Assembly (NCBI GenBank): GCA_021613535.1
Contig: CP075494.1
Coordinates: forward strand, 9,052,001-9,116,000
Origin: Adineta vaga
Taxonomy: Eukaryota > Animalia > Rotifera
Reading direction: 5' to 3'
Length of the DNA stretch: 64,000 bases
Shown: positions 15,079 through 28,056 of the stretch, one piece after another
Layout of the letters: the number at the start of each line of letters is the position of its first letter
Position numbering within the stretch: position 1 is the stretch's first letter
Position numbers and translations under genes: made by a program
Notes under the pieces: generated by a model
Databases searched by the model: none
Told to the model about the DNA's origin: nothing
Seen by the model: the letters and a program-made list of their open reading frames with translations, nothing else

Positions 15079-16158
15079 ATGAATAGTTCATTAGAATATT
15101 CATATGTGAATCTAACTCGATGGGTATCAAGTATTATTTCACCAGTTATTTTATTAGGTTGTGCTATTGGAAATATCGTTTCATTTTTTGTTCTTATTCG
15201 ACCACGTCTTCGTAAACAGACAACATCAATCTATTTGGCTGTCTTATGTGTCGCTGAAATGGGTACATGTTATACAGGTCTATTACGACAATTCTTACTT
15301 GATGCATTCAATTTAGATATTCGAACAATAAATGCATTTACATGTCGAACACATATTTATTTTACATATGTTTTTCTTCGTTTAGCACCAATATTATTGG
15401 CATTAGTAACATTACAACGTTATTTATATGTTAGTCAAATTGTATTATGTTCATTGAAATCGACTTATATACAATTATTTTCTTGTATTCTGTTTGTTTG
15501 CGTAGCTGAATTTCATTTATTTTTATACTATGATTTCACACATTCGGACACACTACCTAGAACTGGTCAAGCTCCATTTGAATGTACTGTTGACACAGTT
15601 CGTCATGCAAAATATTATTCTTTTCGTAGTAAAATCTATCAGAAATTAACACTAGTTACATATACAATCATTCCCTTAGCAATCATTATTCTTGGAAATG
15701 CTTTACTTGTACGTACTGTTCGACAAGCATCAAAACGATCACGATCAACAACACACAAAAAACGTTCCGTAACACGAATGCTATATGCTGTTAGCATTCT
15801 TTATACAGTTCTAACATCACCAGCATCCATTTTTCTTGCTGTTACATCACCTAAGTATCAATTCAATCCAGCGTTTCGTCTTCAATGGACTTTATTACGT
15901 TTATTATTTTATTTATGTCATTCGGTTAATTTTATTCTCTTTTGTGCAAGTGGAACGTTTTTTCGACAAGAATTAGTTGCCTTTCTGAATTCTTTATATA
16001 GCTGTCGATGTTTTCATCCTGATGGAATGATTGATTATGATGGAAGATCATTAGATAGTAGTATTCGACAAACGCGCGGTTCATCCCGGTCAAATTCTCG
16101 AGCATATAAAAAGAAAAACGAAGATAAACAAGCTGAAAAAGCTCTTGTCACTTTTTAG
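15079..16158 (+). CDS. Class A peptide-receptor-like GPCR, single coding exon
   Basis: 359 aa with 7 hydrophobic segments: GNIVSFFVL, YLAVLCVAE, CRTHIYF...LVTLQRY, IIPLAIIILGN, LTSP, HSVNFILFCASGTFFRQEL. A pyrimidine tract + AG lies just upstream of the ATG (15061-15072). Confidence 0.92.
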   Translation: MNSSLEYSYVNLTRWVSSIISPVILLGCAIGNIVSFFVLIRPRLRKQTTSIYLAVLCVAEMGTCYTGLLRQFLLDAFNLDIRTINAFTCRTHIYFTYVFLRLAPILLALVTLQRYLYVSQIVLCSLKSTYIQLFSCILFVCVAEFHLFLYYDFTHSDTLPRTGQAPFECTVDTVRHAKYYSFRSKIYQKLTLVTYTIIPLAIIILGNALLVRTVRQASKRSRSTTHKKRSVTRMLYAVSILYTVLTSPASIFLAVTSPKYQFNPAFRLQWTLLRLLFYLCHSVNFILFCASGTFFRQELVAFLNSLYSCRCFHPDGMIDYDGRSLDSSIRQTRGSSRSNSRAYKKKNEDKQAEKALVTF

Positions 16159-17313
16159 AAACGATTTAATTTTGTTGCTGTGCTTCTTTTTTTTCTATTT
16201 GTTCTATGTTCAATTCTATTTCGTCATATGTCTATCAATATTTAAATCAACATTTGTCAAAAGAAGAGCTTCTGTTTTTGTATGTCAATCCATCGTCAGC
16301 ACTTTGACTAGATCCTGTAAAAGTAAACAAATTATTTTCACAAAAGAATCTTCTTGATGTGTTTAAGTATGCCATATTTCTCTCAATAACAATACCTATC
16401 ATGATGCTCTCAACTTCGAGTTTCCTCATTAGAAAGATCCATATGTTAATTGTCGTTCTGACATATTCATCAAAATCTAATGATATTTTTAGAGATATTC
16501 GAGAGGAAAATACAGCTTATGGTTGAGTGTTTTCATCGAATTCCGGTTTCTAATGATGAATAGATAAATAATACTGTTTTTGAAATATCGATTAATGATT
16601 AAAATATTCTATTTTTGGTTAGCATATATTTTGCTCGTTTGAACTTTGAAATAGACGACATGAATTTACCATTTGGATTTACTACAGGAAATTTATACAA
16701 AAAGCAATGTATCCACATATTTCTTTGCATTATGTCATTGTTTATACTAGATATGTTTTATTTGCATAATAGAAAGAATTTCTACTATGAAAACATATTT
16801 TGAAAAACGAGCAATTAATCAATGATTAATATACACCCATTAGTTTTGAAAGAATATATTTAAAAGATAATCTGACATATTCTCAATTTTCACATTCTTC
16901 ATATATCAAAAGTCGAATAGACAAACTCATCTATGTTTAGCACAAGTTTCTAAACAATTCTTAAACAACCGTTGCTTTGTAAGTGCATCTGTTATCATAG
17001 AAAACTATTCGATGAAATATTATAACAAACTCAAGATTCATTTACATATAATTATTTAGAAATTTCATTTCTCTTCTTTTCCCTCTCCAGGAAATTTGTT
17101 TTTGAAGTAAAACTCTAAGTAAAAGAATCAAAAAACTGAGTAAATAAGAAAAGAAAAAAAATAGTCTATACACACACTTTTATAAGACTCTGTAAAAATC
17201 GATATTCATTATTTTGCTGCCGTGTGTTTGTCGTCGTCGGTGTTTTATTTCTTCAACAAAGAAAAAAACATCTAAGTCGTAAAATATTATATTAACATAT
17301 ATTTCCATTTTTA

Positions 17314-17643
17314 ATGTCGTCGTCAAATTTCGACTCAATTAGCAGTGCATTAACTACTGGAACTATTATTGCTATTGTAATCGGTTCAGTATGTGGTCTT
17401 ATTGTTTTGATTGGTATAATTGTTGTCATTGTATGTATTGTTAAACATTTAAATCGGCCAAGACATATGGCAACAAATGGAATGGTTCTTCAACAACCAC
17501 AATCATATTCATATCCTCAAACTTGGCCGAATCAATATCAACCAAATGCATTTAATATGACAAATTATCCAACAATGTATCAGACTGTATCCGCACCTTA
17601 TACAGTGCCAATGCCAAATTATGCGAAACCGATGAATACATAA
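17314..17643 (+). CDS. Small single-pass membrane protein with Pro/Gln/Tyr-rich cytoplasmic tail (Shisa/VOPP1/WBP1-like architecture)
   Basis: 109 aa ORF. Long hydrophobic helix (IIAIVIGSVCGLIVLIGIIVVIVCIV), basic stop-transfer KHLNRPR, then QPQSYSYP...YP...PY tail. AATAAA at ~17664. Confidence 0.7.
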   Translation: MSSSNFDSISSALTTGTIIAIVIGSVCGLIVLIGIIVVIVCIVKHLNRPRHMATNGMVLQQPQSYSYPQTWPNQYQPNAFNMTNYPTMYQTVSAPYTVPMPNYAKPMNT

Positions 17644-18718
17644 TTTTTATACTTTGTTATTTCAATAAAATGAAAAAGAGAGCGAGCAAGTTTGTTATTC
17701 ATACTTTTCTTTTCTGAATAGAGCAATTCGAGGAAAACTAATCAGTTTATTTGCTAGGAAACAATAGAAGAAGAAGAAGAAAAACATGTTTTCTCAGTGA
17801 CAAACAACAGAAGAAAATACGATTTTTATCAGATTGATAGAACATGAAAAATATTCATTGATAGAAAAGAAAAGTTAAATATTTTAACTGCGTATTATTT
17901 TAAGACGTTATGATTACATAGTAATTTAATCCAGAACTCGTTGAGTCGACATGAAATTTAAAAAAGAAAAAGATCTTTGAAAAGATATACTTTATTTAAA
18001 TCTACACACATCTTTTAAGATCACTGCCATAAGTTTTGAGAAAATGAAGCGGTTTTATCATTAGTGTTCTCATTGTATATCACGAGATAGTCTGAATGAT
18101 TTGATCTGAACTCATATGGAATAAAAAGAAACTAAATATGTTAACCTGTCTGATGCATGGTTAGTATATTAAAGACTAGAAGTATATCCTAGTTGTCATA
18201 TTACATAGGTTAACTCGACCAAAGATTACTGTCAATCAGTATATAGTACTTTGAAATGAAGTAATACGTCATTAAACAAAAATATTTGCGAGATATGTTT
18301 TTACTAAGTATGGGAAAGTATATAGTTGTCTTTTATGATAATTATAGATCATCTTATGTTGAACTATTGCATGAGAAAAGTCAGTTTTTGAATTACATTG
18401 ATTGAAAATTAGTTTTTTTCATACGTCATCACATAATCTCTCGAAGAATGCTATGAGCAATTTATTAATTATCTGTTCATCTACTTACAATATGCTAAAG
18501 AAAGTCTCGATTTTATATTTTCTCAACAAATGATAAATCATAAACTTATTCTTGACATCTTTCGACATATATATATATATAACAAAAACGTCAAAATAAA
18601 AATATTAGATCACAATTTATTATGTCAATAATTTCAGATGTTAAGGAATTTTCAAAAACCAAAATGATCGCATCTGAATGAGCATTTTTTTTGACATAAA
18701 AAAAGAGAAAAAAAAAAT

Positions 18719-20391
18719 TCAACGATCCCATGCTGGACGTGCTGTTGATAACGATTGAGATGAATCAGCACTATTATTAACAATAGGCATTGGAATCGTT
18801 GTCCATGATATAACCGGTGTACTATTCGTAATTGTTGTAGTTGTTGTCATTTCAGATGATTCCCAAGAGAATTCACGTGATAAATGTCGATTTTCATTTC
18901 CACTACTACTTCCATCTCCACTAATATTATTCACAGTAAAATTTCGTGGAAATGTACGTCGATCAAGTTGTTTAAGATAATCTTGAAAACGTTTTTCCAT
19001 AATTGGATATTGTTGATGTTGTAAAGGTATAACAGGAAATAATCGATGAATTCGATGTGTTGCTTCGGTTAGAGATAATTCTTCTTTTAACATTAGATAT
19101 TGTATAGCAATGACAGCTAATGGAGAATTAGGTGTTAATTCAAAACCATAGATCAGAATACGTTTTCCTTCTTGTTGAGCTTTGGATATGAAATGATTAA
19201 CAGCAAAAAATAGTTGGCCTAAATATGTACGAGATAATTCACGTATTTTACTGTTATTTGAATTATTATGATTAATATTAGTTGATGTTACATTGGTTGT
19301 AGATGATATATACGGTTGATCAAATTCTACCGTTAAAGTACAACGTGAATGTGTATGACCACAATGACATGGAAGACGAGCACCAACATTGGCTTTACGT
19401 GCTAATTCATTTGGTCTCATATTTGTTGCATCAATTAGATAATCAACTGAATATTTACATAATTGTCGTTCATTTTGTAAAGCACGTATTGAACCTAGTA
19501 GAACATCTTGTGTTAGTGAAACAATTGGAGTTGTTGGAGATGCTGGATTATTATTATTAAGTATACCAGATTTCGCTACTGATTGAGAACGTCTTTGTAC
19601 ATCACGACGTGGTTGTGGACGGAAATCTCTTCCTAAAAGATTAGATAATTCAGATGAATATTGAATTACAAAGAAATAATTCTCTTTTACCAAGACATTC
19701 GGAAGTTGTAGTAAATACTGTTGGCACTGTTTGATGACTAAATGTTGATGGAGTTGGAGGTTTTGATCGTACAATAGTGGGTGATATTGATGGACAAGAT
19801 GGATTTCGTCGTTGACTCGATGAGAAAAATGTTTGTGCTGAATCGAGATCCCATTCATTATCAGATGCAGATGGATTAGCCGGTAATGAAATCGCAGTTG
19901 TTGGTCGAGTTGGTGGTAGACGCATTGAAGATGTTACATCAGCACTTTTTCGACCAGTATGTTGTTGATAGGAAGGATTATGATTAGTACCTAATGCGGA
20001 TGGATTTGGACGAATATTTCCTGATGATGGTCGTGTTTTAATACGTTCACCAATATTTTTTGGTTCATGTCTTTGTCGAAAATCGTCAGCATCATCATCA
20101 TCATCGGATGATCCTGTATCGACATCTTGAACATTTAAATCACTTGTTGATGCGCTTTGAATGCGCACTGTTACTGTCGATGGATCAGCCACTGTTGATG
20201 AAACAACACTTAAAAGAAAATATTTAACGTTCTTCTTCTTCTTCTGTCTTTTTTGATAAAAATCAATTTTCTTTTTCGCTACATTTCTCATTCTTTGCTC
20301 AAAATATTTTTTCTTCGCTTCGTTTTTCTCTCCCTCTCTCTCTCTCTTTATCTACTCACCTTGGAGAACGACGAATGACACTATGCATCAT
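18719..20391 (-). CDS. Dual-specificity phosphatase-like protein, predicted catalytically dead (exons ~20391-20360, 20208-19691, 19632-18719)
   Basis: Ser/Pro/Thr-rich N-terminal half, then DSP-fold signature LFFAVNHFISKAQQEGKRILIYG...AIQYLMLKEELSLTEA. This aligns to F..A..FI......G.KVLVHC..G.SRS....AYLM....SL.EA. Splice phases are consistent. Confidence 0.7.
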
Positions 20392-20516
20392 TTTCACGCG
20401 AAGATCGTATTTCTTAATAATATGTAAAAAAAGCAAAAAAGATCAGCACATATGGTCTTGAGCAATTAGAATGATTAACAACAACGCATTACTTCTGTGA
20501 ATAAAAATGCACGGCA

Positions 20517-20901
20517 GTGACGTACGTGCTTGTGTTATATTTTGTTTCTGTTTTCTAAAGAAAGAATAGAAAGAAGAGCTACTTTGATAACGACAAGGTT
20601 TTTCTGGAAAAAAAATATATCCCAAAGTGAAATAGAAAAAAAAAGAAGAAAGAAGACGAGAAGGCTTCTTTTTCTTTCTTCTTCTACCTCTATCTTTGAC
20701 GCTTCATGTATGTGACACGATCTGTCACAGCTCTTGGAGATGTTGCTGTGACTGAAGGAGTTAATGACGTCGTTCATCCTGTTTCTCTCACTTTCATTAT
20801 TCTTTTTTCTATACGTTGCTGATGTGCATGTTAGCCTGTTCGCATCACTCGAGGATGACAACATGGTAGTTGTTACTTACTGATGAAAAAATAATGACGC
20901 A
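20517..20901. promoter_or_regulatory. Cluster of CRE/ATF-like TGACG sites upstream of the pseudophosphatase gene
   Basis: TGACGT at ~20518, TGACGC at ~20697, TGACGTC at ~20765 and TGACGCA at ~20895, all within ~510 bp of the ATG at 20391. Confidence 0.35.
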
Positions 20902-22139
20902 CATGCTCTATCATTTTCAATGAAAAAAAAAGGAGGAAATCTTTTTTTTTCTTTTTCAACAAAAGGATAGTTCTTAATATAGAATTAATAATTTGTTTTT
21001 TTTTACTCTTGTAAGTTCACGATAAATAGGATATATTTTATAATGAATAATTGAAAAGATCAAATAACTAAATCAAAACAGAATTTTGTTTCTTTCTCTC
21101 ATATTTATATTTGAAGTTTGTGAATTTTTTATGTTAAATAGAATCAAACAACACAATCAATCTATTTTATAATGAACATATATATATGTATGTTGAAATT
21201 TCTAAGTGTATTCGATGAAAGAAAAGGAAATATTAAGATTTTTTTCATGATTTAGATGTTCAGTTATCTGGAATAAGAAAAAAATTTCTTTTATTCTAAT
21301 TCAAGTACGAGAAAATGAAGGAAATTGAAAGATTTATATGATTCTCATCAATAGAACATCGAGTAGAACGGAATAAAACGATTCATGTTGGATTCACTAC
21401 AAGATTTTTCTCGTCGTAAATTTGATAAGATAAACAGAAATTGACATTTTATTTTTTAGATCAAAAATTGAGAGGATTCAAGAAGGAATTATATATTCAA
21501 AGCCATGTTTATTTATAGGTTATTCTTGGAGTTTGAAGATTTTTTTTTTGAATCAGTCAAACTTATTCTTTGTAACTCTAATCTTTGACATAACCTTCTT
21601 GTATCAAATTTACTGTTGATGACATTATGTTCATATATATAAATGATTAAAAGACATGCACTATCTGAGTTTTAGTAAAACTCTTGTAATTTTACTATCG
21701 ATTAAAATTGTTACCTTGAACAAATATGTTTTAATACATTTAACCTTGAAATTACAACCAAGTATTAATACTTGATAGTTCTAAGTATCATTGAAAACTC
21801 TTAAACAATATAATAAACAAACCTCTTGATTCATACTTTCAGTAGACAAACTAGTACATTTACATTTTCATTGATTTTGGAAAAGTTTTTATTAAGTATA
21901 TTCTAAAATCTAATGCATCGAAGCATTTAGTTTCTTTTCTGACAAAGAGAAACGGAAAAGCTAAAAACACGGCAAACTCTAAGTCATTCAAATAAAATCA
22001 TATAGAATTACCTCAGCTGATTTGACATTGGTGAAACAGAAAGAAAAATAAATCATACACTACGACACATAAGACAAGAAAAACGGAAAGAAGATTTTTT
22101 TTATGTTGAAAAAATGTACATATATATGTATTGAAATAA

Positions 22140-24919
22140 CTATTTTGGTGGTGAACCGACAATCGGAGGTGAAGCTGTACCGGGTGAAGATGTTGTATTA
22201 AGAACAGAACTTCGTCGTGGACGATCAGCATCTTCCATAGACATTGAACGAGATAAACGACCTAAACCAACTAAACCTGCATCCATTGGTAAACCAGATA
22301 CTAAATAGAACAAAATAGATTTCTTCTTTCTTCCAAAAAAAAGCTACAATTCATACTTAAACCGATTCCTTGTAAGAAAAATTGCATTGCTTTAGATAAA
22401 ACATCCGGCTAGATAAAACAGAAGAAATCAATCAATTTTCAAGTATGATAATATTCTTTCGCTTACAGCTTCGCCAAGTATATCACCAACATTATCAGCG
22501 ATGAGTATTGGTGAATTAACCATTTTTTGTGGATCACGTGAATCACGAAGTTTTTCATAGAATTTTTCGGTTGTATGTAATACAGAACTCTTCTTACCAA
22601 CAGCAACCAAACAATCAACCCTATTCAGACATTCAGATTATTATAAATTTGATTTTACTTTTTTAAAATACGTACGTTAATCTATCTAATTTATCTATAA
22701 GATTTGTTCGACTATAGATTGAAAGACAAACAATCGATTATGGATGAACATTTCCTTTTCAAGAACTTACTTAAGAAATGCATCGAGAAACAGTGCTAAG
22801 TTTTTAGCTGTTCGTTTTTGATAGAGTTTTTCTGAAAATTCACGAAGATTTGCTTCCAATAATTGTGAATCAACATAACCCTAATAAAATTAAAGAAAAA
22901 GATTCTCTGTCATTATCAAGGATAAGAAATGTCGCAAATGAACTATAAACAAACATATAAACAATTAGATACGTCAGTAACTGGTATTCTGCTCGTACTA
23001 ATTAGATTAATCTTTCTCCTCAAGCTATAGATACAGCATCTCTTATGGGAATCTATGAATACTTATTGAGATCTCAAATTGCAGTTCAAGAAGTTTACGA
23101 CCAACGAATTATAGATTTTAGTGAAATAGTAACAAAGAAAAAATGCATAGCCGTGAGGCAATCACTTCCAAGAAAAAGTGAAAACATAGATATTTTGTTT
23201 CTTTCATATGAACATAAATGGATTCGTTCTTCTTTTTTTAGATGCTGAATAAAATGTCAAATGAATATATAAGTATTTTTCATCTAGTCTGATTGAAGCT
23301 CACGGCTACTTTCTAAATGAAGTTTCATCGTCGATTTGCCACTATGTCTGGCATAGTTCGTATGTTTTTCAGACAATCTTCATCATGGTCCAATAAACAA
23401 CAAGCTATACTTGGCTTCTATCACTAATAAGACTTTGTTGAAATCTCATTATTTTTTTCCTCACATGTATAAAAATTTTGTTTATACTGGTACTAGAATC
23501 AGTTGTTTCTTCCTCTATCGCTATAAAATATCAAAACATCTAGTATCTATTTCACTGAATATTTGTAACAGTAGATAATTATCTAAAGTTCATGTATACA
23601 TACTTTAGCTGCATCCTAGAAATGAAAAACAAAAATGAACCAAGATTGGATTATATATACATATATTGATAATGAACTTACACGTCCGAAACGATGCCAG
23701 ATCAAATATGCTTCTGCATCAGGATTCATTCCTTTATGAATTAATTTCCAATTGTTGAGTTTATCTTTCATCATTTCCATGAAACCAGCTGTGGTACCCG
23801 TTGGATGAACAAGTACAACACCATGAACACGTGATGGATGTTCGATGGCAAAACGACAACCAATATTTGCACCTGCACCTTCACCAAAGATAACTATCTG
23901 TGGAATATTTAAATGATCAAGTATATTGATCAATTCACTGCCGACTTCATCTAATGATGGATATTTCCTTGATAAACGAAAAAGAAAATATTAAGATTTG
24001 CATTGTATTTTTGTCAAAACTAAAGACAATATTCTTTACTCGATATTTAAAATACTTGCACCATCTTCTTGACCTGGTAAATCAACATGTACCCAAACAA
24101 TTCGTTGTTTACTAAAAATGATCGAAAATATAAATATAATCAGGATATTTTCTATTTACAGTGCACGCATTTCAGGTTGAGAAATAAATTCCGTAAAAAC
24201 CGAATCTAAAATGTAACAAACCAATGTGTCATTTCACAAATATCTGGCAAATTGTACATACGACTACAACCAAGGTCATGAATAGTCATAACATAACATT
24301 TGGCATTCGTGCCTGTTTCATCCTAAATGACATAAAGACGTGATGCAAAAATACAATTTTCACAAAGATCAAACTTACTTGAACCCATGCAGTATAATCG
24401 AGACCTAGTTTTGGAGATCGAATAACAAATTTCTAAATCGAAAAACAACAAATTGTTGGTAAATGCGAATAAAATAAATCTAGCAAAGATATATCTTAGT
24501 CATGATAAGCAAGTAAAAAACTTACTGGATGAATTTTTTTCTAAGTTCAAAAACACAATAAGGCAAATGAAATGAATTCTATTTTATATAATTAATTTAT
24601 CAAAATCTTTCGAGATAAGTGGCAAAGGTTACTTCCTTATCTTTCTATATTTGGTAATGACCTTTTATTAGTTCTATTGAAGAAATGAACTTTGAATTTA
24701 TATATACATCAAAGTCAATACTATCTATATTTTATGAATCATGTTCAAAATAAATAGAATCTCGTGAATAGAAATTATTGGCGATGGAAAATATTAGATT
24801 ACGAAAGAAATAGTAAGAAAAATGCTTTTACAAAAATACATTTGTTCGAAACAACTCACTTGACCTTGTGGAATAATTGACAATTGTGTTAGTAAACCTG
24901 CTCTTTCTGAATCATTCAT
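22140..24919 (-). CDS. NDRG: NDRG family protein (alpha/beta-hydrolase fold, non-catalytic)
   Basis: TIHDLGC, VWVHVDLPGQEDGA, YPSLDEVG, FGEGAGANIGCRFAIEHPSRVHGVVLV, YLIWHRFG, FLQGIGL, RSMSMEDADRPRR; ~11 exons with GT-AG introns. Confidence 0.9.
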
Positions 24920-25085
24920 TTTGTTCGATATGAATAAGAAAATGGATCAATACGTCTGTTTTTTTTTGTTATATGAAAGAAAAATAAGAATCGATCAAAT
25001 TGATACGATTTTGTCTATTGAAAAGAAGTGAATGACTATTGATCAAATAAATAGAAAACGAGCGTGTTTATATAAATACGGACAT

Positions 25086-25089
<4 letters not shown>

Positions 25090-25128
<39 letters not shown>
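25090..25128. repeat. (GA)n microsatellite
   Basis: ~18 GA units ~170 bp upstream of the NDRG ATG. Confidence 0.95.
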
Positions 25129-25131
<3 letters not shown>

Positions 25132-27150
25132 TAGGGTGCATGAAATCGGATTCCCGGTTGATAGAGAGAGAAAAAATTGTGAATAAGATGATGAAATCAA
25201 GTGATTGAAAGAGTAGAAAAAGATACGTCGACGCCATTTGATAGACAGCATGTTTAAACACCCATGTTCGAACATTCTTGTACTTATTTTTATCTTTTAT
25301 GGCAAGTATTTTTATTCCTTTTTTTCCCTATAAATTAATGACAAAATGAATGCATGTATGTGTCAGAAAGTATAAAGAAGCACGCTCTCGATTCTCATTT
25401 TTCTCTTAGAATTTGTTCGGACGACTGCGTATATACGGTCTCGTGTTGTTCTCTGAGAAAGTGGCAGAAACAGAACGATCAAAAGGGGTGAAGGAAAAAA
25501 ATCATCTATGTATTTACAGCTTCCATACTTTTCTGCTTTTGCTATTTCTCTTTTCTTCAACTAGCAGTTTGTGCTTCTTAGTACTACACAGAATGAATAG
25601 TGAGGTCGTCATTTGCTTTCCTTCTCGTTCGTTCGCGCCCAAATAACATCCGACGTCAAAAAAAGAACGTCAAGGCAACGTATGATGCAGAAAAAAGGAT
25701 GCAATCTCATGATGAAAAACATCGAATAGATAGGAACGGATTATGTGTGTGCTTGTGAGTAACACATGTTATCACAAACTGTTAAATTAGAATGTAAATC
25801 TTTTTAGATATTTATAGTTGATGAATTGAAGTCTTCTCGTATAGTGAAGAAGATAGAATTTTGTTTAGCTATAATAGGAAAAGAAATCAAAGCAAGTAGT
25901 AACTGTTATCGATACAAATGTTGATATGTCTCAGAAGCAATCAGTTTATGTCCTTAATCGTCGATATACATTCTTTATATTCGAAAAATAATCGATGTTT
26001 TTTTCATTAAAAATCCATCATACGAATAGAAATGACGATTCATCTTATTCTAACATAACGAATTCCAAACAAAGGTGACTTTTGTTGAGTTCCAAAAGTG
26101 AATGATGAATATAGCAATTTTTCGCTTGCATAATGATCTAATATACACTTCATCACAATCATCTCTCTTGGGAAACATTTTCGAATGATTTATGACTAAA
26201 ATTTCATATAAAAACTCGTTCATGCACAATTGTCTTTCATGATCACAAATCCAAGAAAAGTACTAACTAATGAACAAGTAAACATCTACTTCGACAGAAT
26301 CTCGTTTTCTTCTGTTTAATTATTTGTATTATCATTTTATAACATACCTCTTCGTCAGATGAAGTACTCAATTGGAATCGAAGTAATTTTTCACGATTTG
26401 TTGTATCCATATTATATTGAATGATTAAATTAGATAATATTTATAAAGTTCATTAATAGTTCAGTTGTTTGAAAACTATTCTCATCTGAAAAGACGGAAG
26501 AAATTTACGCTCAGCTATTTTAAAATCAAGATTTTCTACGCATGACAAACATAAAAGCAATGATAGTTTAACGATCAAATTTCATCATCTATCTTCGTTA
26601 CAATAATCAATTTTCTTTTGATTGACGAGAAGAGATGAGTATGATTACTAATGCGAAAGACAGAAAACACAATTCAATTTATCTCTTGTCACTCACTTAC
26701 TCGAAAAAGTATTTGTCAACAAAGATGATACCAAAAAATGTATAATCAGTATTAATAGGACTTTTTTTTGTGATGTTGAAATCATAAGGAGAACAAACAA
26801 AAGAAAGCATTTACAGATTGAAAAATATGTGTAGATGGTCAGGAACTCAAATTTAACAAGTTCATAAAACAAAATATAATCTCGATGAAATAAACTCGAA
26901 TTAACACGTGAAAATCTTCTATCGATTGACAACAACTAACGTATCGAACATTCATGTTTATTTCGAATTCAATACACTATCGTCTCTATTAATACTCTAA
27001 TCTTATCAAACATGAGTGTGCGTCAAACATGTCACTAAAGACAACTGCTGAATCTTAGAAAGCAAAAAATTCTATTGAAAAGAAAAAGAAAAAGAAGAAG
27101 AAGAAGGAAATAGAGTAACAGGAAATGAGAAAAAAAACATAGAAGTACGT

Positions 27151-27151
<1 letters not shown>

Positions 27152-27181
<30 letters not shown>

Positions 27182-27187
27182 TTCTCT
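27152..27187. repeat. Imperfect (TC)n microsatellite
   Basis: ttctctctctctttctctctctctctctctttctc. Confidence 0.85.
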
Positions 27188-28056
27188 TTTGGTAATAGAA
27201 AAAATAATGATGTTGATGCTTTGGTTATCTTCTCATCAGTCTTATAGGACAATCATCAGGAAGCAACCTCACTGATATTTCTTCAAACATAGACAAGTCA
27301 TACTTGATAATAACGATGCATTGATATTACTCGACATGTTCGAGGAGACAAAAAAAACAAATAGAATAGAAAATATTATATAATTGATATATACAAGTGG
27401 ATAGAACAAACTGCAGAGAAATCGAGAAACTTTCTTTTCTGATCAAGCAGTAATCATGGGTAAAAAGTAGATTATTATTATCGTCACTACTGTTTATTGA
27501 AGAGTGAAAATTAGCGGAAGAGAATAAATAACCATCACTATAACAACACTGTTAATACGCATCAAATTATCATTAGTAGAAAGATCTTTGAGATAGATAG
27601 TATCATGTCATGTCATGTTTAGGGAATATTATCACTTTTTGTATCATTCTTACACATCTGATGAATCTTTCGAAGAAGAAAAACATCTTTCATATAAAAT
27701 GAGATTTTTCTATGATCAAGATGATTCGTAATTGTAAAATTTTCTACGTATGTAATAACATAAAAATCCTTAGTAATGACACTTGTAACCTATTTCCAAC
27801 ATATACAATCAAACAGACAAATGCTGGAGGTGATAACAATATTGTTAACAACCGTTTCATAATGGATGACAGTTTCATCTGACGATAATCAGCGCAATAT
27901 TGTCGATAGCTTATTTAATATTATCTTGAAATAATTCGTTAATTTATTATGTTTTTAAAATTGTCTTGTAAAATACAAATGAGAAAAAAAATTCTTTATC
28001 ATAAGATTTGTAATAAATATTATAAATTTAAAGAAGCGAAAGAAGAAAATAAAGTT

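Noticed and set aside
23486-23525. Possible micro-exon within the long NDRG intron
   Set aside because: The best acceptor gives an immediate in-frame TAG in the required phase; no support without RNA data.
25036-25275. ORFs with SLSLSL runs (also 27055-27252, 57860-58234, 58104-58445)
   Set aside because: Translations of GA/TC microsatellites in promoter or UTR DNA.
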